A stretch of 64,000 bases of DNA, from the NCBI GenBank assembly GCA_038496445.1, contig JALMLS010000354.1, forward strand, positions 248,001-312,000, in the 5' to 3' direction. Positions 1-12,905 of the stretch are shown here, piece after piece. Below the pieces are notes generated by a model. It was not told the DNA's origin and did not search any database. It was given only the letters and a program-made list of their open reading frames with translations. Made by a program: the position numbers and the translations under genes. The first letter of the stretch is position 1, and each line of letters begins with the position of its first letter. This stretch comes from Trichosphaerium sp. ATCC 40318. Taxonomy: Eukaryota > Protista > Tubulinea.

Positions 1-3000
1 CTCACCTCTAAACATACCCCATCTCTTCTTTATAATGTTGTGGTTATACTTCAACGTTATAAGGATCCACACTTGTTGTTTTACGCTCAAAAACAGTTAT
101 TCTTTTCTTGGTGGTTCCTGTGATTTTTTTTTTTACACTTTTTTTCGAAGGTTGTACGATACAGTTCAAAGCAAAGCACATGTTCCTGGTCTAATGTTTA
201 TGATGATTATCGCTATTGCTGATAACGTTAAACAAACACTCTCCAAACCTTTTGTAGAGCTAGCTTCTTTGAAAAAGCCGTTTATATGCATGGTGCGTCT
301 TGTCACTTTTCAAAGGAAGACGATTTATGATGTTTACTCTTCTTAGGATGGCGTAACGATGACGAAACAACCTGAAGACCTTAAATTGACACTATATAAG
401 TATCAGCAGAATGCTTACAACTGGATGTTAGCCGTTGAGAGAGAACAAAACTTTCATGGTAACCAGCCTCATTTTTTTTTTGCTTTTTTTTTTTGAGTTT
501 CCACTTTGACGTTACTGATTTTTTTTTTGAAAGAGTTCAAGTACACTTCGTTGTTACCTTGGCGCCGATCAAAGACGTCTATTCTTTTTGATATTGTAAA
601 GAAAGAGATGCTTACAGCTGAGCAAATTGAAAAGAAAGGGAAATGTGGGACAGTCACTTTTTCTGGTGGTATATTAGCAGGTACGTACCTACCTTTTGAT
701 TACAAATATGGACCCAAAACCTTTTAACCTACACTTCATTTCGTTAACCTCTCTTAGATGACATGGGACTCGGTAAAACCATTGAAGGTACAAAACGTTT
801 TTTTGAACTTTTTTTTTTTTCTTCCTTATTTTGAAGTGTTCTCGCTTCCTTGCTTATCTACCTGGATAATCATCTTAGTCTTTCTTTCCTTTAGTACTAG
901 CGTTGCTTCTCGCAAACCCGAAAGAAAATCATAAACCTAGTATTATTAAGGGTGATGACGATGTTCAGTTCTACTCTTCTAAAGCCACTCTTGGTACGCT
1001 TGACCACCGCCTCCTACATCTTTTGTACTTTCTTATTTGCTCATAAACTATAGTATGTTGTCCTAGTCACCTTGCAAAGCAGTGGTGTGAGGAGATACAA
1101 AAGCATTCCAAGAGTAAACTCGATGTGAAAAAAATAACAACAATCACTCAACTTCGTAAATGGAACGCTGAGTCCTTATCAAATGCCGGTACGTACAATA
1201 AACATTTATATTTTTACTTGAGGAGTATCCTTGAGTCTATAACCTATCAAGTCATTGATATTTGCTTTATGTTTATTGACTTTAAAGTCCCTTAAGCTTA
1301 TGTTTTTTTTTTCTTAGATGTTGTTGTTGTATCGTATGAGTTTTTAAAAAATATGAATTATCTCAAGATGGTGATGCCAAAAGAACGTTCTATTAGGAAG
1401 AACATCCAAACTGAACGCGCTAATGCTATAAAATCGAAGAGAAGGGTATGTAACATACTTCTAAGAATCAATATTGAAATCGAAACTAGACTGCAATCAA
1501 CAAAAAAAATTTGTCTGCAAAGTCGAAGGTGACACCTATTCTTGATTACTTCATGTGGCATCGTTTAATTCTCGATGAGGTACATTATTCACCTTAAAAA
1601 CGTTACTTTACTTACACTAAACGAACTAAAGGGTCACGAACATATCACTGAACCTTTCTACGAAGGTACAACCTCAAACAAAAAAACAAAGAAAAACATT
1701 TTTGAGTCATCAAGTCTTTGAAGTCTTACACTTTTTAGAAATCCTGTGTAACAATCTCAAGGCAGACTTGAAGTGGTATGTTACTGGTACGTAATACTTA
1801 GTATTTCAATACCTTCAGTAGCGTCAGCCTGACCCAATATTTTTTAGGCACTCCGTTCCCAAAAACGTAAGTTAAAAAATTTGAGTTGAATGCAGATACC
1901 GCTTTATTACGCACGTGTTTTAACGCTTACTGATTTTCGTTTTGAATAGTTCTGTAATCATGGGCGCACTCAAGTTCTTGATGAAGACTACAACATTGGA
2001 CTTCAAGAGTCTACCTTTGTCGTACTGGGTTAGAAAGCGTGATGGAAGTTTAGACGACAATTCTCATTATGCAGATTATACACACGATGATATTATTGGA
2101 GCTATTGAAATTCATCGTCACCAGTAGGTCTATCGTTCTTCTCTCTTAACTCCAAAAACTAGAGAAATTATTCAACACTATGAAGAAAGCTTACACGTGT
2201 TTTTTTTTGTAGTTGGCTTCTTTGTGATTTATTGATTAATAATTTGATTTGGAGAAATACAAAAGAGACTGCTGCTGCTGAGTTTGATGTACCTCCTTAT
2301 ATAGAAAAGGTTATTACTATTCCTTTCCATCGTATTGAACAAGCTGTTTATGACTCTGCTGCAAAGCAAAATAACCAAAGTACGTAGCTCTCTTTGCTTG
2401 TTTATAACAGAAACAAAAGTCAGTTTTTTTTATTTTTTGGGCGTTTGCTTTTATTGTACAATGAGGACTTGCTGTTGACGTTTTTTCTTCTCTAGGCAAT
2501 TTGAGGATGTTCTGTGGTATGAATTTGAAAATAGAAACTATAAATAGTTTGCTTGACGTTGAAGACAAAAACGTCAGCGTACGTCTTTGTTTAATAGGGA
2601 ACAATAATTTTAAAAATAACTTTACTAAATTTGTATGTTACAGGAAGGTCTTGAATACCAACGAGATTCCATTACTAGTGCCAAAAAGAGTATAACATCA
2701 TTGGAGCGTATGTTGGAAGGACCTAGCCCGCCTTACTACGCTAAGAGAGACTTGGAAAGATACACTAAGAAGCTTGAGGTTAAACTTTTTTTTATTTTTT
2801 ATCAATCCTTCTCTGTGAGCTTACTTGTACTCAAGAAAGCCGAAAAAGAATTAGCTATCCTCAAAGAATGTAGAGAAATACTTGATAATACAGTACGATA
2901 AATGATTTATAGCTGCCAAATGCCTAAGTGAAGCCTTAGCCGAAAGAAGCTACAGAATTTGTTGAAAAGAAAAAATTAGCAATAGGTGCTCAAGCATATG

Positions 3001-4341
3001 AAAATTCTGTTGAGAAGATGGACTATGATGAATTACAATCTGCTCTAAAAGATCATGATATTGATGAAATAGAGGATATGCGTAAAGCTAGGAGCACTCT
3101 TCTTAAAATAATAAAAGAGGAAAACAAATACTACAAGGTACCTTACCTTTTTTGTTTTCAAAAAAAAAAAAGCTTAAATTCGCTGGCTTGTCGTGTAACG
3201 TCAAAAAGAAAAATAGTGGCCTAAAACACACTCTACTTTTGTGCAATTATTGGACTACTTTTCTTAAGCGTACAAAGGCAAATATGTCTGAAAAGGCGAA
3301 TCTTTTTCTCTTTTTTTTCTTGTTGTTTTTTATTAAAACTTTCGTTCTAGCGTGGACTTGAGTACAAGTATAAAGGACTCACTTTCAATGAGTTACAAAT
3401 AATGTGCGTCATATCAATGAATACTGAATACGTGTATTAATAGTTGATAAACGTAGATACGGAAGCAAAGTAGCACGTTTGCTTCAGTTTTTAAACGAAA
3501 AAGCAAACACTGACAAAAAAGTGATTTTGTTCTCTCAACATCAAGAACTACTCAAGCAGATGCATAAGGCTCTATATGAGAACAGTATAAATGCTACATT
3601 TGTAGAAGGGTACGTCTTAGTCTAAAAAATAAAATCCATGGACGTAGGGACGAAGCTTACTTTTTTTTTGCGAAATAGAAATGTGCATAGACGTACTTTG
3701 GCTATTGACTCTTTCCAAGACAAGAGAAAGGATGTTGGTAAATGTAGAGTTATCCTTCTAAGGTGAGACTTTTTAAACACTTTAATACCCTCTATAGTTA
3801 CTAACTGTTATGTCTAGTATGTCCAAGGCAGCCTCAGGGACAAACTTGATGAACGCTGATATGGTTATTTTATTAGGTACAGCTTTTTATTTTGTTATCT
3901 GTTTAGCACCTCGCTAATACCGCTTAGATCCAATGTTCAAGTCGAAAGAGGAAGCCCTAGCTATTGAGAACCAAGGTACCTTATTGTTTTAATTTTATGT
4001 TGCCTCCTGTTAACGCTTTTTTAAAAACAGCTATTGGAAGAGCTTACAGAATGGGTCAAAAGAAGCAAGTTATTGTTTTCCGCCTCCTCATGAAGGATTC
4101 TGTTGAGCACATTCAATATAATAAGACTCACAATAAAGGCATGTGATTTAACCATGTTACATACGTCACAGGATGCTTAACTGACCATTAAAATATAGGA
4201 AAGCGCAAGAAGAAAACGATTAAAATAAAGAAAAGAAAAGTTGTCAGAACGAACAGCTTTGGAACTCTCGTCGTCAATAAGAGCAAACTAAAGCGTGCTC
4301 TATCCTCTGACTTACTTGAAACTGCTGATAAGGCCTTGTAA
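1..4341 (+). CDS. SNF2-family helicase/ATPase, Rad5/Rad16-like; multi-exon, 5' end probably outside window
   Basis: Spliced exons give LYKYQQNAYNWM, GGILADDMGLGKT (motif I), TLVCCPSHLAKQW, WHRLILDEGH (motif II), WYVTGTP, YGSKVARLL..KVILFSQ, ASGTNL, ENQAIGRAYRMGQKKQVIVFRLLMKDSVE; stop TAA 4339-4341. Confidence 0.9.
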
Positions 4342-4658
4342 GTGTAATATATTTAGTACGAAATGGCCTAAATCAAACAACACTCTATGTACACCAATAA
4401 AATCCTTTTTACAACTTCGTACCACAAAAAAAACCAACAAGAACTTTTCTCGTTCACAAACATTATTACCTCCCTACCCGACAAAGGTACCTAGTGGCGA
4501 AGCTTGTGGACAATATGGTGTATGTTCACCAGAATCACTCAACCAGTACGCATAACTGAATGCTTACGCTAAGCACTGATGTTTTTCTACAGGATTTAAC
4601 CTGATTGACTTTGTGACGTGTGTTTTTCGCATTTATCTCGTTCACAAGTCAATCAACA

Positions 4659-5828
4659 ATGAAGCTTCTCTGTGTTATCTCCCTCGCCCTTATTGCTGCT
4701 TTCGCTTACGCACAAAACCCTATCGAATGTGAAGGTACCCACACCATAAAACGCTAAACTACTAGCGAATAACCGTTCTCTAAACATTCTAAAACCTTTA
4801 TTTAGCTTGTACCTTTGTCTTCACATACGTAGAAAACACTTTGGACTCAAACGCCACACAAGCAGATATTGAAAAGGTCTTGGACCTCGCCTGCGGTGTT
4901 GCCGGATCATACAAAGCACAAGTAAGTCGTTAGTAAGACAACAAGGACATTACTTTCCTTCTAAAGACAAAGATCATATTTCTACTTTTTTCCCACGTGT
5001 TATAAACCGGTTTCTTGTCTTTCTATCACGTGAAGAAAACTACAGCGAAATTTTCGTTTTTCTGTTTTTCCCACTGTTTAGCGCTTTTCCGGTTGTATAC
5101 AGTACCTAATCAACCCTCCTAGTGCATCCAACTAGTCAACCAAAACCTCCCTCAAATTATTAGCTTGATTGAGAGCAAAGAACCTCCAGCCGCTATCTGC
5201 AAAGCACTTCAAGTCTGTTCTTCATCCCAAAAAGTTGAAATCCCTAAAAACGTTGGTGGTGCCGCTGAATGTGATGGTAAGTCTAAAAACTCTCCCTATG
5301 GATCCTACTAACCGTACTGTAGTATGTAAAGTAGCTCTTTCCTACACATACCAATTTCTCGAAGAAAACTCCACTGAAAGTACATAAAAACCAAAAAACC
5401 GCGTCACACGACCTAAACCCGCTAACACGTTTTTTTTTTTCAGCTGAAATTGAGATGCTTTTGAACAGAGCTTGTGATATCCTCCCTGGATCATTGAGCG
5501 CTACATGCACCCAATTCGTAGACGACAACACTGTACGACAAAAAAAAAAGCGTTTTACACAAAAAGTCACGTGCTGTTTTACCAAAAAATAATTTTTTCT
5601 TTAGGATGCTCTCATCCACTACGTTGAGAATGAGTACCCACCTGCAAAGGCTTGCTCTGAGGTATGAAGAAGAGGACACATTGAAGTCTATTTTTTTTTT
5701 CTCTGTCCAATTTGTTTACTTATTATATTTAGCTTGGTGCTTGTACTACTGATTCAAGAAAGGCAAATATTGCTGCTAGAGCCATTATGAACGGTCTCAG
5801 ACTTCGTACTGGCATGAAAATTCATTAG
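4659..5828 (+). CDS. Secreted saposin-like protein (SAPLIP) with two saposin-B domains
   Basis: Signal peptide MKLLCVISLALIAAFAYAQ, then two 6-Cys units (ECEAC..LAC..QC..PAAIC..QVC and ECDVC..RAC..ATC..PAKAC..GAC) across several exons. Confidence 0.88.
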
Positions 5829-6293
5829 TAATTTTGTAGCGTCTTAATAAACTCAACGTTTTATTTTGCAACCTTTTTTTTTTTTTTGTGCTTCTACCTG
5901 CCTTACGAATTTTGGTTTTATTGTAAGGAGGAGATGTTCAGCATGCTCTCACAGTACTCTTTAATAAATTATGTTAGCAGTCGTCTAGAATCATGTTATG
6001 AAAGGTAATTTTGGGACGAATTAGATAAGATAGCTCATTTGCTCAGTAATCTTTGTGTCAAATATCAGTTATTGGCGGAGCTATTCACTATTGTACGCAT
6101 GTTATGTTTATTGTATGTACACCATTGTCGCCTTTAAACAAAAATCTGTTTTTAGAAAACCTAAAGTACATTTTGATGATGTGTTTGTTTTCATTCCAAG
6201 GAGACTTGTAGTGTAACGAACACAAGTTATTAAGCTCTATCGAATCCTTCAGCATCAGAATAAATAGTTGAATTGATCAATCCTGCATTAGCT

Positions 6294-8465
6294 TCAAAGA
6301 AAGTTAGGCACGTGATAGTTAAGTTCTTTCAAAATCAAGCGGTTTTTTTGGGATTTTTTTTGTTTTGCAACAAAATCGTTCTCGTACGTGCTGTAGATGT
6401 TGGCGTTCCTTCATATTTATATTTGTAAAATACTCTATGCTTTGGAAGTAAATAAACAGCTAGTAAATCAACCACTGTTGTTGCAACTGCAAGTAATCCC
6501 AAGCCAGAAACAAACTATAATAAAGTCAGCTTAAGGTACAATGTAGTGGGGTTTTTTTGTAATAGAAGGAAAGAAAAGGTCAAGCCTTTTTCTATGACAG
6601 GTAGATGATCGTTGGCGTACAGTGAGGAGAAGTACTTGAAAATCAAATGATCCAATTTCACCTATTTGTAATACGATAACACGAACACCATGTCTATCCC
6701 ATATTTTTCTTTTTGCAATATCTTTGGTATAGATAGGTTGTTCTGACTAAGCTCTGTGTTTATCACGTGTGCTTTTTCATATAAGATATGCGCCGTACCT
6801 TATAGTATGTATCCGGTATCAAATGTGGTTTATAATAGTACCTAAATAGAGTCAGGGCGGAGACAAACTGGTACTCTTTTTTTTGTCGTCCTAAATTGCT
6901 AATCTTTGTGACAACATTTTTTCCTTGTAACATTAGTAGGCGTACTTGAATGTATTTTGATTGAAAGTTTCTCTGTTTGTGTATTGGATATATAAAAGAA
7001 TGACGATGCCACCTGCCCTCATCGTTCTGTTTTTACTTGCTATTTGGCCTAAATACTTACAAAAATACAAGCAAGGAAAAATAATAAAAAAGTAAACCAA
7101 CAACAACTAGTCGCAATGCGTACTGGGATCATCAAGAGAAATACCACCTTCGGTGTGATTCAAGAGAAAACCAAGAGTAAATACATCAGTCTTACCAATT
7201 ACTCCTATAACATTCGGTGACTGAATTTCATCTTGGCTAACTGGTTTGCCCTAGGACATCGAATATAAAAAAGTGAGGAACAAAACAATCTCAAGCATAC
7301 ATTTCCATCTAACCACACACCGTTGATTTCTGATCCACTTCTTTGGAACTTATCGGTATACATTGTATGTTGAAACATGTACTATTGAGTATATTTTTAG
7401 TAAAAAGGCCACGCGCAGCAACGAATCACAAGAGAATGTTCGGATTTTTTTTCAATCAAACGAAAAGTTGTGACATCTTCAAATCAAGTATGACGTACGG
7501 TAAAGTCCTCAATACCAGCGATGTAATGTTGAGTAACATTATTAGATACATAAGAACAGTTGGGACGCGATAATGAGCAGTGATCGAGAACTTGGTAGCT
7601 TTCAGTGTATCGTGATGTTATCTAAAAATGAAATTCAATAAAGAACATTTATCCTGTTTCCTCTGCCTTACCAAAATATCTGACCCGCTCACAGGAGGAT
7701 ATCTATGTTTACATTAGTTACTATAATGGGTGTATGTGATGTATACTTATACTTACACAACAAGTTGTTCATCCCAATACTGACATTCATAATTATCGTA
7801 TGTATGGTTATGAGTATGAATAACTGGATTCACTGATGTCTTGCAGTAGTGGTAATCCTCTGGCGCTTTTCTAAGCAAATAATCAGCTACACTTATAATT
7901 CTTTTAAACACTCACCTATAAGCCGGTGGCGTACGCTTCTCTGGCTGGACAGTCGTTAAGAAAATTGTACGTTCATTTCAGCAAAAGGAAAAAACTGTTA
8001 ATAAAAAGGTGGCCTTGTAGGAAAGGATACTGCCAAAAACGATATTCTAACTGATCCCGCAGGTGTCTTAATCGCTTGGTACCGCTTCTGATATAAAACA
8101 GTAAACCCTGTGTATAAATTATTTTGGTATTTTCGAAAATACTAAGATTATTGTTTTTATCACGTGCCAAGAATGTAAGCGATGATAAGAATCATAAAAA
8201 CGTAGTGTAAAACGCCTAGTTTCCAGTCTTTAATTTTTACAATCTAGAAGAAACCTCCGTTAGCACTGTTAAAGCAACAACGCGTCGGTTGACACTTATT
8301 CACGAGAAATAATCGTTGAGGTCTTAGGCTTTTTTGCTATGCGCAGACAGGACCAGGAGTCATTTGTTTAGCGTACCTTCAAGGTAGAGTAGGCAAGTAT
8401 GCTATCTAGATGATATAAGAAGGGAGCACAACCACAGGTTTCTCAAACGTACTCCAATCCACCAT
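6294..8465 (-). CDS. P2X receptor (ATP-gated ion channel), Dictyostelium-type
   Basis: Spliced N-terminus MVDWDSILAYSTLKIVKIKDWKLGVLHYVFMILIIAYILGFTVLYQKRYQ (YxTxK motif plus TM1); TM2 region FDFQVLLLT..SGLGLLAVATTVVDLLA followed by YKYK (YxxxK-like). Confidence 0.88.
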
Positions 8466-9029
8466 TGTGTATCGGTTTGGGTCTTACGTTACAGCGGAAT
8501 TAAATAATAAAAAGACTTGTGGACCACAAACGCGATAAGGCAAGTTGTGGTAAAAACAACATTTCAGATCGAAGATGGAGGTAGTAAACTGCTATGGTTT
8601 ATCCATTGACAGCACGTGTTTAAATCAAAACAAAGAAGAGTGTACAGATGTATCACTACCAAGTTTTCAATCACCCTGGTAAGTATGCGCAGCTATGCAA
8701 GCTAGGTTACTGTTCTCTGGAGTAGATTGGGCACTTTTTGTTTAAAACCACGTGCAAAGTTGATCAAAGACGGAACACTGTAAGTATCACCGTCAGCGAG
8801 CTCATTCTATTGAAATGAAAACCATAGGTTGAACTTTGATACGGTGGTTGGTTGTAGGAAGGTTGCAGAAGCCATTTGCACTTCGGTTGGATTACTTGTA
8901 GTGGCTCCACACCTACTATTGCCAGTTTGGGTATTGTCGTAACATGAGACAGAGTAAACGTGAATTAACAAACCGAACTTTCAATGAAAGTCAACTTTAA
9001 GCTCACCTTCCCACTAAGGCCACTGAGCT

Positions 9030-11260
9030 ATGCACGGCACTGCAAGGCCCGGCGCGCGCGCAAACAGCAAGAAATTATCCCCTTTGGCTCTGTTCGCGTT
9101 AGGACTTAATTATTATTTCGTAAACTTCATCTGGCGCGTTGAAGACGCCGCTATTATACCATACGCACAAGGTACGGTCGGTTTAATCAATTTTTAAGTG
9201 ATGGCAAACTATTATGATACAATAGTGATAGATTGAAGTGTGACTCTATCCACCTACCTTAAAACTGTCAAGCATTCCTTTTTTGTTATAGTCCAAAAAA
9301 AAAAGCAAGAATATGCCAAAGAAAGTCATAGCGATTCCTCTGCAATTTCCAAACTTTATCAACAAGCAATGCCACTAGTCATTCTTAAATCTGTTGTTAA
9401 TAACATACATCGTTCATTTCGTTTATTATCTGTAGCGCTTGGCGTACCAACTCGATATGCATCCATGGCACGTGTTTTTAAAGTTTCTTTCAAAAAAAGA
9501 AGTTTGAGTTGGTGGCAAGCTGTTAACTACAGTGGTTGGCGTCTACGTCACTCTTGTACTGACTTCTTTTTTTTAAGATATGGCTTGGTTCTCCTATTAT
9601 ATCCTTCTTTTTGGCTCAGCTTGTTGGCAGACTCAGTGATAAATGTACTTCACGCTTTGGTATGTTAAATGTTTGAGAATAGGTAGTGTGTAAGAACTAA
9701 TGGGATTAGGGCGTAGGCGAATATTCTTACTTATATTGGCAATTTTTATTACAATTGGAGGGAGTGTTTTAGTATTGCTTCCTCAGATAGCACACGCTAT
9801 ATCACCCTCGTCTCCTAAAAAAGTGCAAATAGTCCTCTTGTATATATCTTTTTTCCTAACGGATGGTTGCACTACAGTATTATTGACACCAGGGAGAGCT
9901 TTAGTGCTTGACAAAGCACCGGAAAACCAAGTACCTATTGCAAACTCTATTTTCGCGTTACTAGGACAAATGGGCGGCGTTCTTGCTTTTGCAATAGGTG
10001 CACTACCAGTAGGCCATGGATTTCAGTTCATAGGCATTGAACCTCACTTCAGGTAAGTGACTGACTCCTCTTGATGAATATAACAAATGAATGTTAGGGT
10101 ATTGTTTGCAGTATCTTATATTAACCTTTGGATTGCTTTAATTGCTGTAATATTCCTCGTCAAGGAAGAACCATTGAAGAAACAAGAAAAGCCAAAGGAT
10201 AATGAAGAAAAACCAAATGACTCAGCCAAAATTCCTCCCAAAAAAAGCACGTGATAGCAGTGTGTATTTTGGATAGTAATTATTCTTTCTTAGAATTTTC
10301 TTGCAGCTTTTCCATGCCCTTGTTTGTTTTATTTCTGGTCAGCACAGTTGGTTGGATATCGTTGTTGACACAATCTTTCTATTGGACAACTTGGTGGGGT
10401 AAAACCAAACTAGGAAAAACGCCTATACTGTTGGCTTTTGTTGGCTTGGCAGCACAGGAGTTATTTGCTACTATCATTTCTCCATTTGTTCCTAAATTGA
10501 ATTCTATATTTGTACGTTGAGTGTATGATATCCAACTTTGTTAACAAATGTTTAGGGTACTAAGCGCGTATTCTATGCTAGCGAGATTCTGTTGATTTCA
10601 TCAAATATCAGTTTTGTGTTCGTACAAAACCCATACGCAGCAACAACGATACTAATAGGTAAACGGACATTGTTTTGTACATATTTTCTAAAGAGTGCTT
10701 TAGTGTCTGGTGCTTCGTTCGCCATTAGAGATTGTAATATGTTTGTTCTTCTAGAATCATTCACGCCTCCAGAACTGTATGGTTCCTACACAGGCTTGCT
10801 AAATTCCAGTATAAATTTTGCACAGGTACCAGACTTTGACAATGTCATGGTGTCCTTCAAAAAATAACCCAAGAAAATTATGAGATTTATGTATTTAGGT
10901 TATAGTGGCAGGTTTGGGTGGTACAGTGCTTGACGCTCTTTCTGACAAGGTAAAACGCTCATGCTGTGACAAAAAATAAGTCTATTGTACATCGAGCACC
11001 TTTTTTTAATGCATGTGTAGGTTCCACATTTGTATGCAGTAGTAGGACTGTTCTGTCTCGGAGTGAGCGGTATAACAATGATATTAGACATTTGTCTTGG
11101 AAACATATTGAAGCCTGCGAGTAAGGAGAGAAGTCTCAGTAGTATAGCAATAAACATAAACAATGGTGATACCAGTGTACAAAGTCAAGGAAAAATAATG
11201 GATTATTCATCTGGCTCTGATCACACAGACGAACCATTGCTGAACGACTACGAAGAGTAG
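9030..11260 (+). CDS. MFS transporter, SLC45/sucrose-transporter (GPH) type
   Basis: Spliced motif LGVPTRYASMIWLGSPIISFFLAQLVGRLSDKCTSRFG..GRRRIF; LTPGRALVLD; multiple hydrophobic helices; C-terminal DEPLL acidic dileucine. Confidence 0.85.
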
Positions 11261-11498
11261 TTAAAACAAAAATAAACGCACCAAAAAATCACTTGTACAA
11301 ACATCCATACTATTGAATGGCAAGTCACTCCGTCCTACTCGAACGAAGTTATAGTGAAACTCACAACACGTGATAAAGTTAGTGTGGATTCATAAGGATG
11401 TTTTACTACTGAGTAATAAACAACAAATTTATTACCGTTCAATTGATAGATTCTGATCTTCTTGCCTGTGATAATCTCGTTTATTAGTTGACAGTTTC

Positions 11499-12512
11499 TT
11501 ATTCTGAAGCGAAAACTTCTCGTTCTCCTTTGTTGTACATACATTCATCTTTCAGTTCACCTGTATCTTTCCATGTTCTACACAAACCATTCTTTTTATC
11601 TTTGACATAATAAAAATGCTCTTCAATCCTACCACTCCTAAACCAACGCTTACACTCTCCATCCTTTTTCCCATTGATATAGAAACAATGAACTTCCAAT
11701 ACACCACAACTATACCAACGCTTATACTCACCATTCTTTTCATCATTCAAAAAAAAAGTTTGTTCCTTAACTTGACCGTCTCCATACCACCAAGTGTACT
11801 CTCCGTTCTTCTTACCATCAATGTAGCTACTCCTCTCACGTAATTGGTCACCTACCCAATACTTTCTTTCTCCTTCTTTCTTACCATTCACGTAAAAACA
11901 CTCTTCAAGAACAAAATCACCTATCCAATACTCTCTTTTTCCTTCTTTTTTACCATCTTTATAAAAACAACGTTCCTTTATTTTTCCATTCCTTGCCCAA
12001 CGCTTATACTCACCATCAAGCTTACCATTAACATAATTACTATGCTCCCATAGTTGACGATCATGGTTGTACCATTTCTTGTACTCACCTTCAAGTTGAT
12101 CATCAACATAATGACACTGTTCTTTTAACTCTCCATCGTCATACCAAGTCTTATACTCTCCTTCAAGTTTGTCGTGGACAAAGTGACATTCTTCAACAAG
12201 CTGCGTATTTAACAGCCTATACTTTGGAGACACTTCAGTGTAGACACTAAAGTAATGTCTAAAGTAGCATCCTACATAGCTATGGTACCATTTTCTGTAG
12301 ACACCGTGAAGTAAACCGTGTACCCAAAAGCATTGCTGAGAAACAGCATCTGAGCTATTCTTTCGCACTTGATACCATTTACCATGTTTTTTAAGCTCGT
12401 GGTCGAACCTTGTGCTCTGCGCTGCTTGTTTACAAAGAAGAGGCCAGAATGAATCTAGTTTTGGGTCTAACTCCATAATACAAAGCTGTAGTTCCATTGG
12501 AAGTAGTATCAA
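11499..12512 (-). CDS. Intronless F-box-like + MORN-variant (MORN_2/YwqK-type) repeat protein, copy 1
   Basis: N-terminal LPMELQLCIMELD..WPLLCKQ; about 9 repeats of YxDGKxxGEYKxWYxxGxL(K/E)E. Start uncertain (TTG 12512 or ATG about 12497). Confidence 0.8.
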   Translation of the reverse strand: MILLPMELQLCIMELDPKLDSFWPLLCKQAAQSTRFDHELKKHGKWYQVRKNSSDAVSQQCFWVHGLLHGVYRKWYHSYVGCYFRHYFSVYTEVSPKYRLLNTQLVEECHFVHDKLEGEYKTWYDDGELKEQCHYVDDQLEGEYKKWYNHDRQLWEHSNYVNGKLDGEYKRWARNGKIKERCFYKDGKKEGKREYWIGDFVLEECFYVNGKKEGERKYWVGDQLRERSSYIDGKKNGEYTWWYGDGQVKEQTFFLNDEKNGEYKRWYSCGVLEVHCFYINGKKDGECKRWFRSGRIEEHFYYVKDKKNGLCRTWKDTGELKDECMYNKGEREVFASE

Positions 12513-12905
12513 GCTACTTTGGCTCTTTTCATAGCTTTTAGACTAGATTTCGTTAACACTCTTAAAATCGGAGCTGTATGTACCACAACGATAGTACGAT
12601 CCATTTCTAGCGGCCTTTTAAACTTAAAATACTCACGTGACTTTATCGAACGCGAACTTAATCGGGATTGGCGGACATCAAAATGGCTACATTGCAGCTC
12701 AACATTGGACTGTATTGGTGTATGTATCGATAAACTAAGTGATACAGAGGTACTTTTGTGTTGTGCTTTGGCCAGCATTGCCATAGGAGAAGGCGAATGA
12801 GGTTTGGTTGTTGAGAAATATCACAATTTATTTACACTAGCCAAATATTGGGCTTGGGGAATGTTTCTTTTTTTTTTTTTTTATTCCTTGTTGCTGAAAG
12901 AGAAT

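Noticed and set aside
11499-12512. Toxin-antitoxin module (YwqK antitoxin annotation)
   Set aside because: Only the repeat type is shared; no adjacent toxin gene, and the context is eukaryotic.
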